Shown: piece by piece, positions 28,466 to 36,879 of the stretch | Numbering within the stretch: the stretch's first letter is position 1 | Layout of the letters: every line of letters begins with the position of its first letter | Assembly: GCA_965231045.1 (NCBI GenBank) | Contig: OZ246406.1 | Span: 642,208-706,207, forward strand | Source: an uncultured Candidatus Saccharibacteria bacterium | GTDB lineage: Bacteria > Patescibacteriota > Saccharimonadia > Saccharimonadales > JAGQNJ01 | DNA: 64,000 nt | Direction of reading: 5' to 3' | Position numbers and translations under genes: made by a program | Notes under the pieces: generated by a model | Database searches by the model: none | What the model saw: the letters and a program-made list of their open reading frames with translations, nothing else | What the model was told of the DNA's origin: nothing

Positions 28466-29836
28466 ATGAAGCGGGGATTTATGCACGATAATGTGTGGCA
28501 AGCAGTCTTAGGGGAAATCGAGCTTACTGTGTCGCGAGCCAGTTTTGTGACATGGTTTAAGAATACCCGTATGCTTCGTTTCAAAGACAACATTCTGACA
28601 ATCGGTGTACCAAACGTCTTTATAAAGCAACAATTGGAACGTAAATTTAACCAGCTAATCCAAGAAGTTTTGGCCAAAAATGGTGTTGAACCTGAGGCTA
28701 TTGAGTACAAGATTCACTCCGGTATCACTATTAATAAAAAGCCTGTGGATGAAGAAGCCGTTGTACTTAATAAGCCAGTTAAAAGTCCTCGGACCACCAG
28801 TTCACTTTCTCATAGCTACAGACAGGGACTTAACGAAAAGTATGTTTTTGAAAACTTTATCGTTGGTTCAGGTAATGAGCTGGCTTATGCAGCCTGCCAA
28901 GCAATCGCCCAAAACCCAGGAACCAAATATAACCCGCTTTTTGTTTACGGTGGTGTTGGCATTGGCAAAACTCATTTAGTTCAAGCTGTTGGTAATGCTG
29001 TATTGGCCAACAATCCTGATGCACATGTTGTATACGTATCTACCGAACAGTTTGTTCAGGAATTTCTTGATGCTATTCGCTACAAAAAGAATACTGATTT
29101 TGCAGGATATTATCGCTCGGCTGATGTTCTAATCATTGATGATATTCAGTTTATTGCCGGCAAAGAGAAGACCCAGGAAGAATTCTTCCACACTTTTAAT
29201 GCTTTGCACCAAGCCAACAAGCAGATCATTATAAGCAGCGATAAGCCACCGCGTGAAATACCAACTCTTGAAGAACGTTTAAGATCTAGGTTTGCCTGGG
29301 GTATGAGCATTGACATGCAGAACCCGGATTTTGAAACCCGTTGCGCAATTGTTCAAACTAAAGCTGGTGCGCGAGACATTGAGCTTTCACCAGATGTTGT
29401 TGATTACCTTGCGACGCAGGTGCGCACCAACATTCGTGAACTCGAGGGAGCACTAAACCAAATATTAGCGTTTTGTGAAATGCGCGGACTACAAGCTGAC
29501 TTAGCTTTAGCCAAGAGCGTACTGGGTTCAAGCAAGAGTCGACCAAAACATATAACTTCCAAGCAAATTATTGAACGAACGGCTAAGCATTTCCAGGTCT
29601 CACTAGATGATATTTTAGGTCCTAAGCGGGATAAGGACATCGTTGTTCCTCGTCAAGTTGCCATGTATATGCTCCGTAGCGAGCTACATTTAAGTTTCCC
29701 AAAAATTGCCCGAGAGCTGGGTCGTAAAGATCATACTACCGCTATTCACTCTGTTGAAAAGATCGAAAAAGAGTCCGCTATTAATACACAGCTTAAGAGT
29801 GCTATCTCTGAAATAAAGGAGCGACTCTATGCATAA
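28466..29836 (+). CDS. dnaA: chromosomal replication initiator protein DnaA
   Basis: Walker A GGVGIGKTHL, AAA+ box IIDDIQFIAGKE and a C-terminal DNA-binding helix (DHTTAIHSVEKI). The ORF track starts at 28355. ATG 28466 (preceded by GGTGGAG) or ATG 28481 fit DnaA N-termini better. Confidence 0.95.
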   Translation: MKRGFMHDNVWQAVLGEIELTVSRASFVTWFKNTRMLRFKDNILTIGVPNVFIKQQLERKFNQLIQEVLAKNGVEPEAIEYKIHSGITINKKPVDEEAVVLNKPVKSPRTTSSLSHSYRQGLNEKYVFENFIVGSGNELAYAACQAIAQNPGTKYNPLFVYGGVGIGKTHLVQAVGNAVLANNPDAHVVYVSTEQFVQEFLDAIRYKKNTDFAGYYRSADVLIIDDIQFIAGKEKTQEEFFHTFNALHQANKQIIISSDKPPREIPTLEERLRSRFAWGMSIDMQNPDFETRCAIVQTKAGARDIELSPDVVDYLATQVRTNIRELEGALNQILAFCEMRGLQADLALAKSVLGSSKSRPKHITSKQIIERTAKHFQVSLDDILGPKRDKDIVVPRQVAMYMLRSELHLSFPKIARELGRKDHTTAIHSVEKIEKESAINTQLKSAISEIKERLYA

Positions 29837-30076
29837 GTATGTGTCTAGCCTGTTTGTTACATGTGCAAAAACCTTTAGTTTGTACTCAGGACAAAAACCA
29901 CAACATTTTATGTGTGGAGTTACTCCTTCTTTGTACGCACCTTTTACTAAAGTTATCCGCAGCACATTCACAGCCAAGTTTGGTAATTTTAATCTGTTAA
30001 ATTCAACTTATACTCATTTCCCACAGGACTTATTAAAAGAACTACGAATTAATAAACTAATAGAAGGAATATAGTA

Positions 30077-31168
30077 ATGGATCTTCAAGTAACCCAAGAA
30101 AACCTATCCAAAGCCCTACAAACTGTTGCCCGAATCGCTTCAGGTAGATCAACCTTACCAATCTTAAACAACGTACTTTTACAAACGATAGATAACAGAT
30201 TAAGTATATCGGCGACAAACCTAGATATTGCGATCACCCAGTACATTGGTTCAAAGATTACTACCAAAGGGTCGATAACTGTACCAGCAAGACTAACTCA
30301 AGACTTTGTTTCAAATCTTCCTAGTGGGAATATTCATCTAGAGCAGAAAGATCACAAACTTCAGATAGTCTCTGGATCTTACGAATCAACAATTAACGGC
30401 TCGCTAGCCGACGAATTTCCTGTTATGCCAGCGATCACTAAAGGCCTAACCTGGACAGTGCCTGGCCAAACCCTAAAAAAGGCGCTAAGCCAGGTTGTTA
30501 TTGCTGCCTCGACTGACGAAGCCCGACCGATCCTAACAGGAGTTTATATTCACACCCATGGACGTAATTTGTTTGTAGTTGCGACGGATAGCTACAGACT
30601 GGCTGAGAAAAATATTGGCGAACAAAAAGAAGAATTATCATTGCTTGTTCCAGTAAGTGCCATGCAAGATGTGTTGAGAATAATCGGTGATTTTAATGAG
30701 GATGTAGTGGTTACTCACGATGACCAACAGGTCTTATTTAAGGTTGGCGACGTAGAGCTTGTGGCAAGACTACTCGAAGGATCTTACCCGGATTACCGAC
30801 GTTTAATACCTAACGATTTTGCGATGAGTGCAACCATCCCTCGATCAGAGTTCATAAATATTGCCAAGATTTCTAGTTTGTTTGCTCGTGAGAGTGCTGG
30901 GAGTATTACGATTGAGTTAGACGAGAAGAAGCAAACCATGAGTGTTAAGTCGGTTGCTTCACAACTTGGTGAAAACTCAGCTAGTCAAAAAGGAGAAGTG
31001 AGTGGTAGTGGTGAAATAACTCTTAACTCACGATACTTACTTGAGGGCTTGCAAGCGCTTGAAGGCGACCAGGTGACTATAGGATTTAATGGTAAGCTAG
31101 AACCAATCGTCTTAAAGGATCCTAAAGCCAAAGATTACCTACATATTGTGATGCCCCTAAAAAGCTAA
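30077..31168 (+). CDS. dnaN: DNA polymerase III beta sliding clamp
   Basis: 363 aa with LSKALQTVARIASGRSTLPILNNVLL... and ...EPIVLKD...IVMPLK. In dnaA-dnaN-recF synteny. Confidence 0.95.
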   Translation: MDLQVTQENLSKALQTVARIASGRSTLPILNNVLLQTIDNRLSISATNLDIAITQYIGSKITTKGSITVPARLTQDFVSNLPSGNIHLEQKDHKLQIVSGSYESTINGSLADEFPVMPAITKGLTWTVPGQTLKKALSQVVIAASTDEARPILTGVYIHTHGRNLFVVATDSYRLAEKNIGEQKEELSLLVPVSAMQDVLRIIGDFNEDVVVTHDDQQVLFKVGDVELVARLLEGSYPDYRRLIPNDFAMSATIPRSEFINIAKISSLFARESAGSITIELDEKKQTMSVKSVASQLGENSASQKGEVSGSGEITLNSRYLLEGLQALEGDQVTIGFNGKLEPIVLKDPKAKDYLHIVMPLKS

Positions 31169-31190
31169 ACAACCAGGTACAATTAAGGTA

Positions 31191-32243
31191 ATGATAACGA
31201 GCATACGAATCCAAAACTTTCGCTCATATAAAGATGCAGCGTTTGAGTTTGAGGACGGAGTTAACATTATAATAGGACCTAATGGTAGTGGTAAAACAAA
31301 CCTTCTAGAAGCAATCCTTGTTGCCTGTCGAGGCACATCATATAGATCAAAAGACATTGACTTACTGTCGCACAACGCCGACTGGGCCAGGCTGGAGGCT
31401 ACACTTCAGTCCAGCCAGCAGCGAGTCGTAAAAATAAAGCGACAAAATGACCGGGCAATAAAGAGTTTCGAAATTGACGATAAGCCATTGCACCGTTTAC
31501 TTCTAAGACATAGCTTACCGGTTGTTTTATTTGAACCCAATCAATTATTGTTGCTTACAACCTCGCCTGACCAGCGCCGGTTGTTTCTGGACGAAATATT
31601 AGAACAAACTGACATAACATTTTCCCAGGACAAAAAGGCCTATAACCGGGCACTTTCACAACGTAACAAGTTACTTAAACAAAATCCCAGTGATATTACC
31701 AAGCAAATATTCGTTTGGAATGTTCGCTTATCGGAACTAGGAACAAAAATAGCCCAAAAACGTGCGGAACTAATAAGTACTTTCAATAAGACCCTATCAA
31801 ACGCATATCAAAATATTGCTCATTCCAAGGATAAGCTAGAGTTGGGCTATGTTAGTAAGCACAATATAGATAATTATGGTTCGGAGCTATTAAAAAAGCT
31901 GGAACAAAACTTGGATAAAGAGCAGTTACAGGGCTTTACGCTTTATGGTCCTCACCGAGATGACATGAGCATTCTGCTTAATAAACAGCCAATCCAAACA
32001 ACTGCCTCAAGGGGTGAAGTTCGGACAATTCTACTTGGTCTAAAGATGCAGGAGGTGGTGCTAATAGGTGATTTTAGGGAAGACAAGCCTTTACTATTGC
32101 TGGACGATGTCTTTGGTGAACTTGATGGTATGCGTCGAAAGGCACTAACGGAGTTTCTGGACAGTTATCAGACTTTTATTACCACGACCGACGCTGATAT
32201 TGTGCTAAAAAACTTCAAGCACATTAATGCCATTGCACTATAA
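31191..32243 (+). CDS. recF: DNA replication and repair protein RecF
   Basis: 350 aa with FRSY...GPNGSGKTNLLEAI (Walker A), the signature SRGE and Walker B LLLLDDVFGELD. Confidence 0.9.
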   Translation: MITSIRIQNFRSYKDAAFEFEDGVNIIIGPNGSGKTNLLEAILVACRGTSYRSKDIDLLSHNADWARLEATLQSSQQRVVKIKRQNDRAIKSFEIDDKPLHRLLLRHSLPVVLFEPNQLLLLTTSPDQRRLFLDEILEQTDITFSQDKKAYNRALSQRNKLLKQNPSDITKQIFVWNVRLSELGTKIAQKRAELISTFNKTLSNAYQNIAHSKDKLELGYVSKHNIDNYGSELLKKLEQNLDKEQLQGFTLYGPHRDDMSILLNKQPIQTTASRGEVRTILLGLKMQEVVLIGDFREDKPLLLLDDVFGELDGMRRKALTEFLDSYQTFITTTDADIVLKNFKHINAIAL

Positions 32244-33782
32244 TTAACGAACAGTACTGGCTATGGTGTATGTTTTTCTGTCTATGCCAGCATTGTCAAC
32301 GGCTTTGTTTATAGCTACAACAGCTGCTGCTTTTGCTCCAGGATCAGTATCGAATGATCTTGTTGCTGGATTGTATCTAACGGCTCCAATATATGGGTTA
32401 AAGAATATTACGTTACCGTAAGTTGTTGCAGTAAGTGAAGGATCATTCTGCACAGAAAGTATTTTTTTATCTATGCTATCAGTATCGACTTTTTGGCCAT
32501 CAATAAATAACGCCATCTCCTGCTTTTTATTATCGGTTAGACTTAGGATAAAACCACCGTTTGTTTCTTGTAGCCGATTAAATTGGTAGTCCCCTAGACT
32601 GTATTCTATGTAGCCAACGGCTTTGTCTATATCTACATTGAATAAGGCTTGCTGGCCCTTGTTAAGAGCCAAGAACCCAGCTGGCGTGTCGTCGATGTAA
32701 TCAATGTTATATATTTGATAGAGTTTCTTCGGTGACTTGCCACTAATATCGTAAACGCTCAAAACATTCTTGGTGTCGAGAAGACACATTTTTTGTGATC
32801 CACAGAGTTGGGCGCCAGACAAATAACCATTAATTGAAAAATATTTAACCGACCCAGGCTTTCCATACACAACTTCTGTTTTAGCGCCTGATTGTTGAGA
32901 CTTAAGATTGCTACCGCTCAAATCACCGCTCGAGTAGGTCGTGAGTACAGTATCATTTGAAACGTCAAAATTTCCTTGGTTAGCAACAAGCCCCTTTGTT
33001 TTGGCCCCTCCGATTGCTAAGTCGGTTGGTCGTGAGGCTCTATCAGTGTAGTAATATATATGGCTAAAATCAGGTGCATAAACTACAAACCCATCTTTGT
33101 AGGCTCTTACTTTATAGAGGGCGTTATTGTCTAAATCACTTAAACCGGTGCCCTGGGACTTTGCAAGTGTTAGTGAGTCTGCTGCTGAATTTATCTTATA
33201 TACTGAATGGCCCGCAATGCCACTTACAATTGTGTTGTTTTTCATTAGTACAAAATTACCTTGAGAGGTATGGAAAGTGCCTTCAACATTGGTAAATAGA
33301 CCTTCATAGGTCGGTGTAGATGTATATGTAACCTGGGCGGCCGTGGATGGCACATGGTATTTTAGAGATGTATATTTATCGCCACAATCAAATGAGAATA
33401 ACTGGTTATTAATGCTATCCATGCAAAAAGCCGGACTCTTTCCAATAAATACTCTACTATGCTCAGGAGAAGTAGTAATATCAACGACTGTTTTACGGAA
33501 AAATCCTTTTAACGAAACGACGGCCACAAAACTTGTATTATTGTGGTAAACGACCATTTGGTATGAACCGCTTGGCAAACGTCTTTCGACCTGTGATTCA
33601 CTTGATTTGAAAGAGTCGACATTTTTACTGCCCTGTTTTGAAAGTTGGTAAATATACTCCCCTGTGCCGCTTTTATTATTAAGAACAATGCGCGACTGGT
33701 TGCTAAACCAAGAAAAAGCAAATAAACCAACTAGAAAGAGGAGAAATAGTACGAAGTATGCAATTGGTCGTCTGTTTTCCAT
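32244..33782 (-). CDS. bitopic membrane protein with large beta-rich extracytoplasmic domain; last gene of the T4SS-like operon
   Basis: 512 aa with a single N-terminal TM helix (IAYFVLFLLFLVGLFAF). It sits 62 nt downstream of the hydrolase gene. Its stop codon abuts the recF stop codon (TAATTA). Confidence 0.6.
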   Translation of the reverse strand: MENRRPIAYFVLFLLFLVGLFAFSWFSNQSRIVLNNKSGTGEYIYQLSKQGSKNVDSFKSSESQVERRLPSGSYQMVVYHNNTSFVAVVSLKGFFRKTVVDITTSPEHSRVFIGKSPAFCMDSINNQLFSFDCGDKYTSLKYHVPSTAAQVTYTSTPTYEGLFTNVEGTFHTSQGNFVLMKNNTIVSGIAGHSVYKINSAADSLTLAKSQGTGLSDLDNNALYKVRAYKDGFVVYAPDFSHIYYYTDRASRPTDLAIGGAKTKGLVANQGNFDVSNDTVLTTYSSGDLSGSNLKSQQSGAKTEVVYGKPGSVKYFSINGYLSGAQLCGSQKMCLLDTKNVLSVYDISGKSPKKLYQIYNIDYIDDTPAGFLALNKGQQALFNVDIDKAVGYIEYSLGDYQFNRLQETNGGFILSLTDNKKQEMALFIDGQKVDTDSIDKKILSVQNDPSLTATTYGNVIFFNPYIGAVRYNPATRSFDTDPGAKAAAVVAINKAVDNAGIDRKTYTIASTVR

Positions 33783-33844
33783 GATTATTCTCCCTCTAGT
33801 TTAATTATGGCTGTATACATTTGGCTTCGCAACACGGCTTCCAT

Positions 33845-36800
33845 TTATTTAGTCTTTGTCCCATATCCAGTTACCCATGGTGCGTCAATTGGCTGCTGTG
33901 ATTGAGACAGGTTGCTGCCGTCATTACCGCCAATAATAGTGGCCATGTTACCATTAACAGCCACAACGATTGCAACGTGGTCAGGATAAGTCGGATTACC
34001 CTCCTCATTAATCTGAATATCACCGACTTTTGGCGTGTAACCGGCCTTTTCATGGAACTCTCCATTTTGTTCAAACCATGCTCTAAAGCTATTTGAAGCC
34101 GGGACCCTCCAGCCCCCACTTGTTCCTCCTGTCATTGGACTACCGGCTTCTTTCATGACCCAACTGGCGAAGTCAGCACACCAAGCTTCTACGTTGCCGT
34201 CGGAGTATTTTTTCTGACAATCAGATCCAGTAGGACACTTTCCGCCATTTGTGGCGAACTCTTGCTTGGCGACTTCGGCAATACGATTGCCAATATCTCC
34301 TGATAAAGCACTGCCACCACTGGCTCCACCACAACTAGATGAAGCGGCTGATGGGCTTCCGCTACTGGCTCCCGCACCCGAACCATACATCTGTAAGATA
34401 GCATTCGCGTTATCAACGCGCCCTTGCTGGGCGTCGCCTTTATGACGCTCATATTTGAGCTCAAAAGCTCTGGTGGCACCAACAATATCAGTCGAGGCCT
34501 TAAGTTCATCACCAGCGGCTTTCTCGCTTAGGGGGCTAGCTAATTCACTACCTTCAAGTTGTGACCAAACAAGCTCAAGTTGAAAGCTTAAATCACTGGG
34601 TAGCGTATCGGCACTGCCGCTACTCTGTTTGTACTTTTCAAGATTAGGTAAAATTTTGGTTCCTGGCGTGAACTGGACTATACCAAAGCCACCGGCAGCA
34701 GGGTGATCATCATGGCTGGAAGGTTGCCCGGCAACCGATGTTTCTCCACGTGAGTTAATAGTTCCGTATTCAACTAGGTCTGGTGTGAAGTGAGATTCTG
34801 ACTGCATGTTCCCCATAATTCCAGCGATCTGGAATGGTTGAAGCCCTTTTTGACCAAAGAAATTCCAGATTTTTTGTGCATTATCTGAGCCCGCAAGTTG
34901 CGTTGCTCCCGCTTTACAACATTCCGATCCATCCCCTGCGGATGTTTTACCGAGACCAGACTTGGCGGCCAGTATCTTGTTGGCAGATGCTTGAATTTGG
35001 GCTTTGAAGGCTGGGTCGGCATTCGCGTCTTGTTCAAGTTTATCGATTATTGGTTTAAGTTGATCTGCTCCAGTAAATAATGCAATGTCAGCACCTGAAC
35101 GAATTGCATTTACTACGTTATCAACTATGGATCCAGATAATCCACCGGCTTTTAAATCGTCTGTAATAATAATGCCGTTGTATTTGTAATCATTTCGAAG
35201 TAGATCATATGCAGGCTTACTAATTGATGCAGGTGCACCATTCGTTAGCCCGGGCACATTATAATTACTCATCATTACCCAACCGCCGCTCGTATTTGCT
35301 GCAAGCAGTTTTTGGTATGGAATCAAATCGGATGCTTTCAATTGATCTAGTGGTGGAGTACTTTCAGCTGCAAAGTCAGAGTTCTTGAGTGTGTTACCAA
35401 TGCCTGGAAAATGTTTGAAAGTGGGTGTAACGCCACCTGACTTTAAGCCTTCTGCAAATGCTCCGGCTTTTTCTACAACCCCATCGGGTGTAGCAGAAAA
35501 TGACCGCTGGATTTTGCCTATGGCTTCACTATTTGGATTGTCTAGGTCGACCACAGGAGCAAAGTTGACATTGATACCAGCGCTGGTTAGTTTGCTTGCT
35601 TCGTCAGAAGCAATTTTTTTAATCTCATCAACGCTCTTGGCTCCCATGGCTTGAGCGCTTGGCATGGCTGGACCAATGTTTGCACCCTTTATTGGATCAA
35701 TTTGGCCGCCCTCTTCATCGGTTGCAACGAAAGGAGGTGTTTTAAACAGGGGCTTTATGCCGTTAATTTTACTGCTATCTAAAAAGCTGGCTGGGTAATT
35801 TGGTGAAGACTCTCGGACATAAAATCCACCTAGATTTGCGGCGGCCATGGCTTGGGCTTGTTGTTGATCGTCAACTCGCACAAACAATAGTTGTGCTATC
35901 TGTTCGCGTAGGCTCAACTGTTGTTGGGTTGAGGTTGAGGTATCACCTTTTGTATCCGGAGAAGGTGCATTGCTGTCACTATTAGATTTGCTGTCAGTAG
36001 TTGGGGTTTGGGCATAAGCCGCTGGACTAAAAAAGTTGACTAGTGAATTGTGAAGCCTACCAGCCAAACTTTTTGGGTTTACGAATGCCAGAGCCTTCGT
36101 TAGATTTTCAAAGGTTGTTTTTTGTGTGCCGCCACCGGTGACTCCGTTGGCAACCGTGTCGGCAAATGCCTGAATGCCGGGACCAATTGGGTGAACTCCA
36201 AGACCGGCAGCCGGGTCAGGGTTAATATACTCTGGGTGCTGTTTTACAACGGATCCCCAATCAATAACCGTATAACCTTTGCTCGCATTTGTAGCTATGG
36301 TGTTATTCCATTGATCGGTTGGTATTGGTGAGCCGCTACGTTTTGAGTTATCAGCACCAATATTAACCCAATAAATTTTAGCGTTACTACTAGCTGCTTT
36401 TACTATATCAATTGCCTTTTGAATTCCGGCATCAGTCGGTCCACCGTTTGTGCCAAGTGCTATTACTACTGTTCCGGCATCTTTAATTGAATCGGTAGAT
36501 CGTTCCATAACACCAAGGCCGTTTAGTTGGTCGCCTCCTTCGCTCAAACTACGTGAGGCAACTCCATCAATTACTACCGGATTAAATCCCTTACCACTTA
36601 GAGTAGTATTGAGCTGGCTATTTGCACCTTGAGTAATCGAGTCACCAATCATATATAGCTTGCCTGTTCCGCTGCCGCCAGAACTTTTATTTCCGCCACC
36701 AGCACCACACTGTCTTTCGTAGAAAGTTTCGTTGGTTATAACCGAGTTAACATCATCCCAAGTTATATCTGCACGAACTACAAGTGGAGTACCGACGTTA

Positions 36801-36877
36801 ATTGCAATAAATAATCCTGCCATAGAGAAGGCATAAATACTTTTGAAATGATGCTGAACAAACTTAAACATTTTCAT
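33845..36877 (-). CDS. secreted four-module cell-wall hydrolase: SGNH esterase + GH3 N-acetylglucosaminidase-like + lysozyme-like + CHAP
   Basis: 1010 aa with a signal/anchor at aa 15-35. The SGNH module has block I LYMIGDSITQG, GTNG and GVHP (aa 73-245). The GH3 module has KHFPGIGNT and IIITDDLKAGG (aa 320-640). The lysozyme-like module has IAGIMGNMQSESHFTP...GGFGIVQFT (aa 665-830). The CHAP module has AWCADFASWV...YPDHVAIVVAV (aa 862-1005). Confidence 0.85.
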   Translation of the reverse strand: MKMFKFVQHHFKSIYAFSMAGLFIAINVGTPLVVRADITWDDVNSVITNETFYERQCGAGGGNKSSGGSGTGKLYMIGDSITQGANSQLNTTLSGKGFNPVVIDGVASRSLSEGGDQLNGLGVMERSTDSIKDAGTVVIALGTNGGPTDAGIQKAIDIVKAASSNAKIYWVNIGADNSKRSGSPIPTDQWNNTIATNASKGYTVIDWGSVVKQHPEYINPDPAAGLGVHPIGPGIQAFADTVANGVTGGGTQKTTFENLTKALAFVNPKSLAGRLHNSLVNFFSPAAYAQTPTTDSKSNSDSNAPSPDTKGDTSTSTQQQLSLREQIAQLLFVRVDDQQQAQAMAAANLGGFYVRESSPNYPASFLDSSKINGIKPLFKTPPFVATDEEGGQIDPIKGANIGPAMPSAQAMGAKSVDEIKKIASDEASKLTSAGINVNFAPVVDLDNPNSEAIGKIQRSFSATPDGVVEKAGAFAEGLKSGGVTPTFKHFPGIGNTLKNSDFAAESTPPLDQLKASDLIPYQKLLAANTSGGWVMMSNYNVPGLTNGAPASISKPAYDLLRNDYKYNGIIITDDLKAGGLSGSIVDNVVNAIRSGADIALFTGADQLKPIIDKLEQDANADPAFKAQIQASANKILAAKSGLGKTSAGDGSECCKAGATQLAGSDNAQKIWNFFGQKGLQPFQIAGIMGNMQSESHFTPDLVEYGTINSRGETSVAGQPSSHDDHPAAGGFGIVQFTPGTKILPNLEKYKQSSGSADTLPSDLSFQLELVWSQLEGSELASPLSEKAAGDELKASTDIVGATRAFELKYERHKGDAQQGRVDNANAILQMYGSGAGASSGSPSAASSSCGGASGGSALSGDIGNRIAEVAKQEFATNGGKCPTGSDCQKKYSDGNVEAWCADFASWVMKEAGSPMTGGTSGGWRVPASNSFRAWFEQNGEFHEKAGYTPKVGDIQINEEGNPTYPDHVAIVVAVNGNMATIIGGNDGSNLSQSQQPIDAPWVTGYGTKTK

Positions 36878-36879
36878 AG

